From positions 2,852,001 to 2,916,000 of the forward strand of contig NC_067399.1 of assembly GCF_016432865.1 (NCBI RefSeq): 64,000 nt of DNA. Direction: 5' to 3'. The position numbers were made by a program, and so were the translations under genes. The notes below the pieces were generated by a model, which was given only the letters and a program-made list of their open reading frames with translations, searched no databases and was not told where the DNA came from. Shown one piece after another: positions 1-12,699 of the stretch. This DNA is from Antechinus flavipes (lineage: Eukaryota). How positions within the stretch are numbered: position 1 is the stretch's first letter; each line of letters starts with the position of its first letter.

Positions 1-1130
1 GATGTACCAGATCTAAAATTAACTTTAAAAATTATTAAATTTGGTATTTATTGAAAAGTAGAGGTTGTTCACTAGAATAGATTAAGTATGGCCCATACCA
101 ACATTAACTTAAAACTTAAATATCTTAGTGTTTGATAAATTTAAATGTCCCAATCAGTTAAGATAAGAACTCGATATTTGACGAAAAAAGAACAAACAAA
201 CAAAAAAAAACAAAAAAAACTCACTGGAAAAATAGAAAGAAATCTGGTAAAATTAAGTTCTGACAAACACTTCACAACAAATTTCAAAAATAAGTTTCAA
301 ATGAATACAAAATCTGAATATACAAGGCTACATCACAAATAAATAAAAGAAATAAAGAAGAACTTATCTTTAACATCTATGGATAAAAGAGTAGCCAAAA
401 CAGACAGAAAGGATGACAGAAGATAAAAGTGAACTTTTCAATTGTATAAAATTGAAAATTCATTTTTTTTGCACAATAAATCTGATGCAGCTTAGATTGA
501 AAGGGAAATAGTCAATGAGAAAAACATCTTTGCACCATTTTTCTCTGATGAAGGTCTCATTTTCAAAATAGGTAAGTTAGGGGCAGCTATATGGTACAAT
601 AGAGGGAGCACTAGGTCTGGAGTCAGGAGAATCTGAGTTCAAATTTGGCCTCAGATAATTAACACTTACTACCTGTGTGACCCTGAGCAAGTAACTTAGC
701 CTCAATTGGCCCAAACAAAAAACAGAATAGACAAGTTGACTGATCCATTTTAAAAGTCATTATTTAGCTGATATTAAGAGTTATGAGCAATTTTAAGGGG
801 AAAGAATCCAAGTTACCTGTAACCATATCAAAGTCATTTTTGAATGACTTACAAACTCTGATAAATTTAGTGATCAACCATGATTTCAGGAGAGCAACGG
901 TAAAGAATACTATATCCATCTTGAAAGAAAAAAATATGGGCTAATGCAGAGAATGAGATAATTAGGTTTGGACATGATTATTGTGAGCATCATTTTATTC
1001 ATTAAATTTATTAGTTATAAAGGTTCCACACTATTCAGAAATTGAAGCTGAGGAGGGGAGGGAAAACAAGAGGAGAGACAAAAAACACTTGACTCTTTTA
1101 AAAATAAGCAATTTATTTTAAAGAATCTAT
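1..1130 (+). mobile_element. Old degraded L1 ORF2 3' region / 3' end fragment
   Basis: A-rich decayed L1-like motifs (ctagtgtttgataaa, tttctctgatgaaggtctcatt, tatgggctaatgcaga); interrupted by a SINE at 580; boundaries approximate. Confidence 0.6.
580..722 (+). mobile_element. Short marsupial tRNA-derived CORE-SINE (WSINE1-like)
   Basis: Starts GGGGCAGCT, B-box GAGTTCAAAT, CORE tgtgtgaccctgagcaagtaactt, A-rich tail; degenerate TSD-like flanks (aataggtaagtt / aatagacaagtt). Confidence 0.85.
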
Positions 1131-2029
1131 GAAGTAAAAACATTTTCTCTGATCTTAGAGTGATCAGGGAGCCACTGATATTTTAGAATAGAAGAGTGAT
1201 GTGACCATGTCTGTGTCCTAGGAATAATATTTTGATGAGCCATTAAAAAATGGGGGACCCATGGCCACTTCCTGGTGATAGATCATGGCCATATGGGCTG
1301 GGAAGGGCTGAATGGTCATGATTCATGCCCACAGGCTTTCAGAATACATGAGGACATCTGGCAAATTGCCTGATCCCCAGTCATTACTAGCAGCTACAGA
1401 GCTCATTGGGCATGAGCTGCTCTTCATATTGTAGAACTGCCTTGTCTCTTGGGGAATGGAGATGCTGACTGAAATCTGTGCAGAGGAGGCAGTTGCCCCT
1501 TCTCACTTAGCACTTCTCTTGTAGATATGTGGGCAAACTAGATTGTAGCTTGTTTAGTATTTTTTTTTCAAAATCAGTGAGAAAACGCATTTCTCCCCTC
1601 AATTTCTCCTGAGGGATTTGAATTTGCTGCTCGGTCCTGCTGGCTCCGTTCCTAGGAAACATCGAAAAACATGCAATTTTTTCCCCTGGAAGCCAAAGAA
1701 ATGCTCCAAGTGGACATGAGGCTGTCTGAGAGACAGGGAAAGTTTTTGATAGCTCCTATCTCAATTTTGGATTGAAGGATTATGGAGGGATCAACAACGA
1801 ACTGGTCCCCAACCTCCTGCTGTTTCCACAGATGCCCAGGCATGCTCCTGCCACACAATGACAGACAATGGGATACTTTTGTGTCTTGCTTCTGTGAGCA
1901 TATTATTCTCTTGCCTTTGGGAGCATGGGAAAGGCCCATGACTTCTGATTCATTAACAGACTAGTGAAATACTGGATGAAAGGCTAGAATATGATGTCAC
2001 CACTTGCTTAGGAAGGAGGCTGAGAGGTT

Positions 2030-2600
2030 CAATTGACAATAAATATGAAGTGTCTGCTATATACTAGAGACTATGCTAAGCACTGGGGAGACACAAGAAG
2101 AAAAAAGATAGTTCCTGTCCTCAAATAGCTTACATCCTAATGAAAGAAACAATCTCCAAATGCTGACAAGTTATACACAGAATAAAAGGGAATAACGAAC
2201 AGAGGGGAGGTATTGGAACTTGGAGGGCTTCCTGTAGAAGGCTTTCATTTTAACTGGGACTTACAGAAAATCAGGGGGTCAGTAGGCAGATGAAAGAAGG
2301 ACAATATTCCAGGAGAGGTGTCCATGGAACACCTGTCCATGGAAGAGCCAGGAGGCTGGTGTCACTGGACCAAAGAGTATGGACCAGGCTGTCAGGAGAC
2401 TGGAAGGTGTGAAGGCATTTGAATATCAAACAGAGCATTTTGTATTTGATCCTGGAAAGAACAGAGAGCCACTGAAATTTTCTGAGTAATGGGTGACATG
2501 ATTGAACGTGAGTTTTAGGGAAATGACTTTTCTCCACTTGAATTTGGGCAACACTGCATGGTGGCTGGACTGCTGCATTTGGAGACAGGAAAAATTGATT
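2030..2600 (-). mobile_element. L2 LINE 3' fragment
   Basis: Reverse complement of the L2 terminus (ctatgctaagcactgggga...gtcctcaaatagcttacatcctaatg) followed by purine-rich L2 body. Confidence 0.7.
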
Positions 2601-2644
2601 TCAATCACAGCTTTGATCCTCACTATTGTGTGCCTTTGGGAAAC

Positions 2645-2646
<2 letters not shown>

Positions 2647-2687
<41 letters not shown>

Positions 2688-2800
2688 ATGTATCTGTCTA
2701 TCCCTCTCTGTCTCTCTATATTTGTCTGTTTCCCCCCTCTGTTCTCTGTGTGCCTCTGTCTTTGTCTGTCTGTCTTTGTGCATGAGTGCATGCATACATG

Positions 2801-2840
<40 letters not shown>
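2647..2840. repeat. Two (TG)n microsatellites (2647-2686, 2803-2840) flanking a TC/TG-rich spacer
   Basis: Seen directly. Confidence 0.95.
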
Positions 2841-2842
<2 letters not shown>

Positions 2843-3554
2843 TGGAGGAGAGAGGCAATGGGCCCTGATTCTGACCTTGGAGAGCTCCCTTTCAGACTAT
2901 TGCAAAAAAGAGGAGTTAACATGAAGCCACCGGTTCGCGCCATTCTGCAAAGTCTCTAAGGTTGAGAGTGCAGGGCATCCCTGGACACAACTTTGCACAT
3001 CAAGCCTGGATGCACCATTGATTAAATATTTAAAGAGCCACAGTGATCAGCCAAGTATATCATGTCTTCTCCATTTGCAGCTTGTCTTTGAATTCTTCAC
3101 AGCTGGCTAAGCATAGCTTCCCAAACCTCCTTCCTCTCCTGTGTGGTTTGTGGAGGTCAGGGAGAGCTTATCAAGCCCCAAGAATCTGGATTTAGAGATG
3201 CTGAAGTAAAGAAGTGATTTCAATACAGTTCAAGAGTTTGGTTCCCTCTGCTCTTGTGCCCCTTGGCCCAGAGAAAGTTTTACTCTGTGAGCTATGCTGA
3301 AGCCATCCAGTCATTTAGCCACTAGCATGGCAGACATCTGCAAAGGGTAAAGTCTCAGAAATCATCAATGCCTTGAACCCTATGTGGAATTTATATATTT
3401 GTCCAAGTGAGATCAAGAAAACCCAGCTGCTTGCCTGAACTAATATTTTAATTCTAACAATAATAATAACAAAAACTTAGGCATGTACTCTTTACCAGGA
3501 AATATTCTGCTCCCTTACCATCCCCAATTCTGTCAATGTTATCATCATATAATG

Positions 3555-3667
3555 AAAAATTATTATTATTATTATAGCTCACTATGTTCCAGGAATGGTG
3601 CTAAGTGCTTTATAAATATTATCTCATTTGATCCTCAGAACAATCCTGAGAGGTAGTGGCTATTATT
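3555..3667 (-). mobile_element. MIR/CORE-SINE 3' fragment truncated by the adjacent L1
   Basis: ctcactatgttccagg...gtgctaagtgctttataaatattatctcatttgatcctcagaacaatcctgagaggt. Confidence 0.75.
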
Positions 3668-4882
3668 CCTGAATCCCTCCCCAGATGGCAAGTAATCCAA
3701 TACATGTTAAACATGGTAAAATATATGTTAGTTCCAATATATGTAAACACATTTGTACAATTATCTTGCTGCATAAGAAAGATCAGATCAAAAAGGAAAG
3801 AAAATGAGTAAGAAAACAAAATGCAAGCAAACAACAACAAAAACAGTGAAAATGCTGTTGTGATCCTCACTCAGTTCCCACAGTCCCCTGTAGAATGGTT
3901 CTCTTCATCACAAGATCATTGGAACTGGCCTCAATCATCCCATTGTTGGAAAGAGCCACGTCCATCAGAATTGGTCATCATATAATCTTGTTGTTGCTGT
4001 GTATAATGATCTCCTGGTTCTGCTCAGTTCCCTCAGCATCAGTTCCTGTAAGTCTCTCCAGACCTTTCTGAAATCCTCCTGCTGGTCGTTTCTTAGAGAA
4101 CAATAATATTCCATAACATTCATATACCACAATTTATTCAGCCATTCTCCAGTTGATGGGCATCCACTCAGTTTCCAGTTTCTCGTTACTACAAAGAGGA
4201 CTGTTACAAACATTCTTGCACATATAGGTCCCTTTCCCTTCTTTAATGTCTCTTTGGGATATAAGCCCAGTAGAAACACTTCTGGATCAAAGGGGATGCA
4301 CAGTTTGATAGCTTTTTGAGCATAGTTCCCAATTTCTGTCCAGAATGGCTAGATCCATTCACAACTCTGCCAACAATGTATCAGCGTCCTAGTTTTCCCA
4401 CATCCCCTCCAATATTCATCATTATTGTTTCCTGTCATTTTAGCCAATCTGACAGGTGTGTAGTGGTACCTCAGAGTTGTCTTAATTTGCATTTCTCTGA
4501 TCAATAGTGACATAGAGCACCTTTTCATATGAGTAGAAATGTTTTTAATTTCTTTATCTGAAAATTATCTGTCCATATCCTTTGAGCATTTATCAATTGG
4601 AGAATGGATTGAATTCTTTTAAATTTGAGTCAGTTCTCTATATATTTTAGAAATAAGGCCTTTATCAGAACCCTTAAATGTAAAAATGTTTTCTCAATTT
4701 ATTGCTTCCCTTCTAGTCTTGTCTGAATTAGTTTTGTTTGGACAAAAAAAAATTAGCTTAATATAATCAAAATTATCTCTTTGATATTCAGAAATGAGGT
4801 TCGGTTCTTCTTTCGCTACAAATTCCTTCCTTCTCCATAGATCTGAGAGGTAAACTATCCTATGTTCTTCTAATTTGCTTTT
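3668..4882 (-). mobile_element. 5'-truncated marsupial L1 (ORF2 C-terminus + 3' UTR)
   Basis: Minus frame 3965-4279 gives L1 ORF2 C-terminus GLYPKE...NWKLSGCPSTGEWLNKLWY...LYDDQF; typical 3' UTR. Confidence 0.92.
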
Positions 4883-6149
4883 TTCTCTTGAGTTTGAAGA
4901 GAGATCAGCATCCCTCCACCTGGCTGCACAAATCTGAGGTGTGCTGCTTCATCTTCCCTCTCCCTTTTGAAATGTAGACATCTCTGGGCATTGGTCATGT
5001 AACTAAAGGCACTATTGGTAGCTCATTTCAGCTGAAGGTGTAGCTTTGAAGGGTAAGGTGAGATTTCTACAAAATCTTAGTGCTGACTTTTTCCTTTTGG
5101 TTAGCAGTGTGGGACAAATGGGGAAGGTGTCAGAACACAGAGATTCCTCCCTGTCTATTGTCCAAACCACATGTCTCAAAAAACAGGTTTCTATAGAAGA
5201 GTAATTAGGCAGAAGAAGAGTAGTTAGGGTGTCTCTTTTTTTGCTTGATCAAGTTTTATGAAAAGGTCAAAGAAAACAATCAGAGGAGTTTAGGAGGAAG
5301 AACTCTATAATGGAAAAGCTGCGAGTGATTGTGCAGCTGAGCAACCAGGACATGGTGGCTGGTATCCTGAGAGACTGCTATGTCTAAAAGAAGCAGGTTC
5401 AGGAAAGTCTTGGGAAGGAGACTGCAGATAACATTATGTGGCCTTTGTACAATTTGTAGAGTTGGTCAGGATTGTTTCAAGAGCCTAATTAGATGACAAA
5501 TATTTCATTCAGGATAGAAATCATGGGCCATCTGGCCAAAAAAATCCTATACTATATATCCCAATGTCCCAAAGGGCACAAGATGGATAAATCAAAACAA
5601 AATATATGTCCATTCATTGGCAGACATGGTTTCCATCACCCATGGATATATCATGAGGTGAGAGTTAACAGGAGAAAATCACAGGAACACACTAGGTAAT
5701 GGCTCCGGATCCCTTGCTTGGTTGATTCTTTGGGAAGTCCCATCTGGATCCAAGAAAATAGAGCTTGAGGAGCAGGAACAAGAAGACAAAGCATCAATAG
5801 CTATTTCTAACACTGATTCAAGGTCAGGGATCATCAGGTATAGGGAGTAGGCAGCCCAAGGTAAGAAATCAGACTTTTCAAATGGAAAGAAGGATTTACA
5901 CCTAGAGCATGATTCTGAGAACTGGGATCAGAGACCCAGGTGGCTCCTTCCACCCCATCCATTCTTAATGAGTTCTCTCTGAGGTTTGTTTAAAAGCTTC
6001 CAGGGAACTCCCATATTTTCTCTTCTGTCTCCCTGATATGGTCTATTCAGTAAATTAGAGATAATGGTTGGACCTAAATGAGAAAATCTGAAATGCCTTA
6101 TTCCTTCCCCACTTTTTGCTTCTCACTTTCCTCTGTACCCCCTTCTCGC

Positions 6150-6610
6150 CTCTTCTATTGCCCTTTTGGGCCCTCATCCCCTCCCATTTGGATTGCTACA
6201 ATAGCCTGAAGTGGGTTATGCCTGTCTTGAGAGTCTCTCCGTACCAGCCCATCCTCCACTTAATTGCCAATGTAAGTTTTGTAAATTCAGGCCTGATCGG
6301 GTCATCATTCCCTATCTCTTGTCCTCCCCCACACATGTAATAGACTCCTGTGACTCCCTATTACTTCCAGATTAAATATAACCATCCAAATGGTTATTTA
6401 GAACCCTGCACAATCTAATCCCTTTCTCCATGTCCACTAGTATTATTTTCTTCCTTTCACACACTTTGTCTTAGTAACATTGGCTTCCACCTTCATCCCC
6501 CTTGCCTAGAATATCCTCCTTCCCTCATCTGCCTCCTGGTGTGCTTGGAATCCTTTAGGACTCAGTTCCAGTCCACTTTCCACAGCAGATCTTGCCCAGA
6601 TCCCTCCACT
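6150..6610 (+). mobile_element. L2 LINE fragment
   Basis: ggattgctacaatagcct, cccatcctccac, cccttgcctagaatatcctccttcc motifs. Confidence 0.7.
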
Positions 6611-8019
6611 TTCTCAGAGGGAAAACGTTGAGATCACATGCCATCTACTCTGTTGTTCCCCTGTGAAAGTGGGAGTTCCAAGAGGGTACAACTTGCTTGC
6701 TTTTGCTGCATTTCTTCCCATCTTCCACATTTAGCATTTGGAGGAGTTCAATAACTGCTGAATGACCAAGCAACCGACTGGAGGACTTCCTGACCACCTC
6801 TCTCTGACCATGAGAACTGATGGTCACAGAACCTGTGTCACACTATGTGACCCTGGGCTTTCTGCTGACTCCCACAGCTGATCTCTCACCCTGCTGTGGA
6901 CCTGAGCTTTCTAGAAGTTGAGATGGTTTTGTTCTCCTTATTAAATTATGTACTCATTATCGGCAATAACCCATTTTTAAAAAGAGGGTTTTTAATAACA
7001 TCAAAGTAAGTTAGCAGTATTTTTATCGACCATAGCAGGATTCTCATGAGATCTGTAAAGGGCGGGAGGAGGTTCCACATTTGATTGATGATAACTGATT
7101 ATTCTGCAATTAGGAAAGGCCCCCCAGTGTGCGCAGATCTGCACATCCCACGTGAAGGAGGCTTAATTTCCAACCTCAGGAGCTGAATTTCTAATGTATG
7201 GAAAATAGTCGTGCTAAAAAGGACAGTGAAACATTGGAGAACTTTGCCAACAACTGCACTCGATGGGTGCTGCAGAGGGTGGGGGCAGGGGAAAGCTTCT
7301 GAGAGCTGCATCATTCCATCCCTTCTAAAGAGACAGAGAAATTGAGACCCTGGTGATGAAACCTGAGGCCTGAAGGAATGGACGATGGCCGTAGACTCCT
7401 CAGACCACAGATCCCAAAGGGGTTAAGATGTCACAATCTGACTAATGCTTTAGTGTTGTTCCTGGTCAAATCATGATTCAGGGATAAGATTTCAGAAGAA
7501 TTTCATGTGATATTGGTCTGTGGGAGGCAGAGGGAAGGGATTGTCCTGTGGGAGTTGAGAAAGGTTGGCTCAGTTAACAATTTTTCCTTAAAGGCTCAGG
7601 GAGCCAGGGTGAATTGAAAAGCTGTGAGGGTCCTCAGGGAAAGATATAAAGATTTATAGAAAAAAATCAAGGAACTATCCATGGAAAAAACATACACTAA
7701 TCCCATTAGCAAGTGGAAATAGTGATTGTCACATTGAAATAAAAAGTACTAGAGAAGAAATGAATCTGGACTTGAAATCTGCTCAGATTGACCTTTGGAT
7801 TCTTCCTGAGTTCTAGCACAATGGAAATTGGAGATTTTCACCATCCCAGTTAGTACAGGGACAGGGAAGGGTTTCACAAGTCTCTAGGTGCCTTCTACCA
7901 ATGAAAGCATCCCATTTTCTGGACTGCTTTGTGTTGTCCTTCCACACACTCACCACCACATCCTAAGTGACAGTTATTAGTGTCATTAATAATTCTCCTC
8001 TGGTGTCCTTATCTTCAAT

Positions 8020-8830
8020 CAGTTGCCAAATCTCATCCATTCTTGGCAGGGAGCCCCTCTTGGCATCTGGGGTATTTTCTTCACTCTCCAATTAAGACTT
8101 TTTAAATTTTTTGGTGGGGATCTTGCAGTAGCTTCCAACTATTCTCTTTGCACTCCCTCACCTCTAGTTCAGTCTCTTTGCCTTTCTAATGCCAAATAGC
8201 TCATCCCAAAGCCCTTGGATAATGCGAATACAGCTCCCCAAGCTCCAGAGATTCACTGGAACCTTGAGGATGCCTTAGAACTTCTTCTGCTTCTTGTTCA
8301 AACTCTTCACTTTCTTATTCCAGAAATATATTTCAATTCATCTCCTTCATGACATCTTAGACCAAATGTCCTGCTATTTTTCTCCCAATACGCGGCCATC
8401 CATCTACCTCTGTGCTTTTGCATATATTGCTTCCCATACCTTATTTACTTCCATCTTATAGGATCCTTAACTTCCATCCACACTCAGTTCAAGTTCCATC
8501 TCCTACATGAAGACTGTTCTGAGTTACCAAATTGCTTGTGTTTCACTTTGGAAATATTTTTATTTTCTGTAATTTATTTTTCAAATCAAATAGCAGATTC
8601 TTAGAGCTGGAGCACTTCATGTTGAATTTTGTATTCCTATTTCTAGGCAGCCTGGCATGTAATAGTTGGTCAATCAATAAGAATTTATCAAGAACTTAGT
8701 ATATGTCTAGCACTGTGCTAAGTAACTAGGAGACAAAGAGTCAATACACAATCTCTACCCTGGAGGAGCTCACAATCTAATGGGAGAGACAATATGCAAA
8801 TATCTAAATAACAGCAAGTTCTCAATTAAG
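8020..8830. mobile_element. Tail-to-tail L2 fragments (+ about 8020-8665, - about 8665-8830)
   Basis: L2 terminus cctggcatgtaatag followed immediately by reverse terminus tcaataagaatttatcaagaacttagtatatgtctagcactgtgctaag. Confidence 0.65.
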
Positions 8831-8893
8831 TGAATAAGAAATAGTGAACAGAAGGAAGAGATTAGAATTGAGAGAGATTGGGAAAGATTCTCT

Positions 8894-9313
8894 TTATTTT
8901 TATTATTGTTAAAGCTTTTTAGTTTTCAAAACATATGCATGGATAATTTTTCCACATTGATCTTTGCATAGCCTTGTGTTTCTAATGTTCCCCTCCTTTT
9001 CCCAACCCCCTCCCCTAGATGGCAAGCAAACCAATATATGTTAAACATGTTAAAATATATGTTAGTTCCAATATATGTAAACATATTTGTACAATCATTT
9101 TGCTGCATATCAAAAAGAAAAGAAAGTGAGTAAGAAAACAAAATGGAAGCGAACAACAACAAAAAGAGTGAGAATTTATATTATGATTCACTCTCAGTTC
9201 CCACAGTCTTCTCTCTGGGTGTAGATGGCTCTCTTCATCATTAGATCATTGAAACTGGCTTCAATCATCTCATTGTTGAAAGTCACGCTCATCGGAATTC
9301 ATCATTGTATAAC
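8894..9313 (-). mobile_element. L1 3' UTR insertion with ~15-bp TSD
   Basis: L1 3' end in reverse; flanks tgggaaagattctct (8879-8893) and tgggaaagattttct (9314-9328). Confidence 0.88.
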
Positions 9314-9789
9314 TGGGAAAGATTTTCTATAAAAGATCAGATATTATTTGTGATTTGAAGGAAGTTGGGGAAGCCAAAAGGGAGAAGGGAGAACATCCCA
9401 AGCACTGAATGAAGGAATAGATGGATGCAAAGGTACACAATTTGTTCAGGCTTTGTCTCCTCTTATTTACTCCTAGCTTTTATGTTTCTCTCTGCTTCTA
9501 CTGAGTTGCCAAGGGGGTTCTCAAAGACTATTTTGTTTTCTCCTGACTTTTAGAACATCAGGAGATGTAATTAAGTGATAAACATCAACGAGAAGTAAAT
9601 TGAAATCGCAACCCATGATTGAGATCTGGTCCACAGAGATCAAGAAAACATGAGCTCTTTCAGGCCAAGGGCTGGAGCATTTCCATGTTGCCCTTAGTAA
9701 ATGCTTAATAAATGAATTTGTAACTGGGATAGACAGAATCATGACTGAATGGAAGTGAGAGATGGCATTTTGTTCTATATTGTTTTTCC

Positions 9790-10130
9790 CCATTTACTAA
9801 TTCAGGAAGTCCCAGACTTCTATCAATATGGGCACTACATTTAGAAAGACCACTGGCAATCTGGAAAGAGTCCAGCAGTAGATGACCAAGGTTAATGAGG
9901 TGATAGAAAACCATGCTGGATAAATGTTGATCGACTGGTTGGATATAATGAGATAATCAACTGAAATGTCAAGGAATAATTTACCCTGGAGATGAGATGA
10001 TTTAACAACAAGGGAAACATACAAACTGCCTTACAATATCCAAAAGCCCTTGTGTGGAAGAGACAATAGCCTTGTTCAATTTGACCTTGGGGAAAAAAAA
10101 ACAGGGGAAATGGAGATAAGGTGAAATTGG
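9790..10130 (+). mobile_element. L3/CR1 LINE fragment
   Basis: tgggcactacatttagaaagacc...ctggaaagagtccagcag resembles the CR1 WAPHF-KD-LERVQ region. Confidence 0.6.
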
Positions 10131-10647
10131 AATTCAGTCCAACAGAATCAAAAACATTGTATTGATTAAGGATCTAAGGGGTTTTGTGTCAGATTTTGGA
10201 ACTGACAACATGGCAAAGTAATGGTCTCTAGACAAAACCCCCCAGTGGAATACTATCCAAAGCAGGGAATTTGTCAGTACCAGAGTAAATAAAGATGGAT
10301 CAATGAGAGAAGAAGACAGAAATATCACATTGCCTAAAAGCCTTATTGCCTAATCTGGAAGAATGACAATACCTAGAATTCCCATTTACTTTCCTCCCCA
10401 GTCCATTTGATATGCCAGGCTTCATAGGATTATGTTTCTGAGTGTGCTTGTGGTGGTCCCTTTCGTGTCCTCCCCATAGCAATGAGTTATTCTGAACAAC
10501 ATCTCTCTATACTTGATGAGACATGAAAAACATTGATCTTTTCAGGGCATTTAAAGAAAAGGGAATACAAGTAGGATAGTTATGTATGTCATCACAGAGC
10601 TGTCTAGAGAGGAAATTACTTCCTCTCAAGAAAGGGAACCAGAGTCA

Positions 10648-11560
10648 CAGGAAAAGATAATAACAAAAGTTGTAGGGGATATGGGAGGACTGGGACACTA
10701 ATACATTATTGGTGGAATTATGAACAGCTCCAACCATTCTGGAGAGCAATGTGGAACTATGCTCAGTTATCAAACTGTGTGTACCCTTTGATTTTGCAGT
10801 GTTTCTACTGGATTTATATCCCAAAAAGATCTTAAAGGAGGGAAAGGAACCCATGTGTGCAAAAATAATGTTTGTGGCAGCCTTTTTGTAATGGCAAAAA
10901 ACTGGAAACTGAATGGATGCCCATCAGTTGGGGAATGGCTGAGTAAATTATGGTATATGAATATTATGGGATGTTATTGTTCTATAAGAAACGATCAGCA
11001 GGATGATTAAAGAGAGGCCTGGAGAAATTTACAGGAACTGATGCGAAGTAAAATGAGCAGAACCAGGAGGTAATTGTACACAGCAACAGCAAGATTATAT
11101 GATGATCAATTCTGATGGACGTGGCTCTCTTGAACAATGAGATGATCCAGGCAAATTTCAATGATCTTGTGACGAAAAGAGACATCTGCATTCAGGGATA
11201 GGACTGTGGGAACTGAGTGTGGATCACAACATAGCATTTTCACTCTTTTTATTGTTGTTTGCTCGCATTTTTTTTTTGGTTCTGTCTTTTTTTTTAAACT
11301 GGTTTGATTTTATTTTTCTTGTGTTGCATGATAAGTATATAAATATGTATGTATATATATTGAATTTAAAATATATTTCTATTATGTTTAATATTTATTG
11401 GACTATTTGCCATCTAGGAGAGGACGTGGAGGAAGGGAGGAAAATTGGAACAAAAAGTCTTGTAAGGGCTAATGTTGAAGAATTGTCCATGCGTATGTTT
11501 GGAAAAATTTTTTTAAAAAAGCTTTAATAAAGAAAACAAACAAACAAACAAACAAAAAAC
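10648..11560 (+). mobile_element. 5'-truncated L1 (ORF2 C-terminus, 3' UTR, A-rich tail)
   Basis: ggatgcccatcagttggggaatggctg, tatgatgatcaattctgatgg, ends aataaagaaaacaaacaaac. Confidence 0.9.
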
Positions 11561-11931
11561 AAAGAGACCCAGAAAAGGAGCTGCAATTTCCTATACAGAG
11601 CTCACACTAATCAGGAACCCATCTAACTCCCACTCTTACCTAAGCTTCAGTTAAAGGTAGATTTCCTCTACTTAGGAGGAATAGTTGGTGCCACAGCAGT
11701 GAAATGAAGAGAGCCCAAATAATCAGACTGGGAGTTAGAGACCAACTGCTGGGCCTGGAGAGACAGGAAAAAAAAAAGAGCAACTAAAAGGTAAAAATTC
11801 CAAGTGAGAAAGATTGAGTAAAAACTGAGATTTCGGCATAAAAACAAACACTAAATCATGAGAATATTATAACTTGTTCTAACACATAGAATAAACATTA
11901 TACTTTGGAAAAAAGTGAAATACACTTCAAA

Positions 11932-12002
11932 TACACACACACACAGATACACAAATGCGCACACACACACACACACACACAACACACACACATGCACACA
12001 CA
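11932..12002. repeat. Imperfect (CA)n microsatellite
   Basis: Seen directly. Confidence 0.9.
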
Positions 12003-12019
12003 CCAGAACATTCTAAGAG

Positions 12020-12425
12020 AGCATTCTATGGATGTCCTTGTGAAGGAATAACAGAAAAGAAGCAAGAGAATATTGTACATGGCAAAAAGATTATGTGATA
12101 ATCTACTGTGATGGACTTGGCTCTTCTCAACAATGAGGTAATTCTAGCCAGTTCCAATAGACTTCTGATGGAGAGAGCCATCTGCACCCAAAGAGAGGAT
12201 TGTGGGAATTGAGTGTGGATCATAATATAATGTTTTCACTATCTTTGTTGTTGTTTGCTTGCTTCTTTTCTCTTTCTCATTTTTTTGTTTTTGATATGAT
12301 TTTTCCTGTGCAGCATGATAATGTGGAAATATGTATAGTAGCATTGCACATGTTTAACATATATTAGATTATTTGCCATCTAAAGAAGGGAGTGGAGAAA
12401 AATTTTGAATTATGAAAATAAAAAG
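12020..12425 (+). mobile_element. L1 3' UTR fragment
   Basis: gtgatggacttggctcttctcaacaatgagg...gagagccatctgcacccaaagagagg. Confidence 0.8.
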
Positions 12426-12699
12426 TTATTATTATATAATAGAAAAGAATTGTCAGAAAAGTATTACAAAGAAATAACTATTTTAAAAGAATCTGTTAGG
12501 CTGGAAATTAAGCATCTATCAAAGTTCTCAAGGGAAAAATACCTAGAGAAGAAAAATACTAGACTAGTAGACTTAAATTAAGAGATTCTAAAGGTCTCTT
12601 CAAAGTAGTAAGAGACTCAAAATAAAGCAGAATATTTCTCATTGAACAATACAGATGTGAAAGAAAAGCTAGTAGAAAAGAAAACAAAGATGAGACTAT

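Noticed and set aside
2426-2943. ORFs rich in HT/CV/RE repeats here and at 31017, 36863 and 47220
   Set aside because: Translations of (TG)n/(GA)n microsatellites
10150-10221. Kinase-like KNIVLIKDLRGFVSDFG with canonical N-to-DFG spacing
   Set aside because: No HRD catalytic loop upstream, a stop 6 codons after DFG and no splice signals; it abuts an L3 remnant
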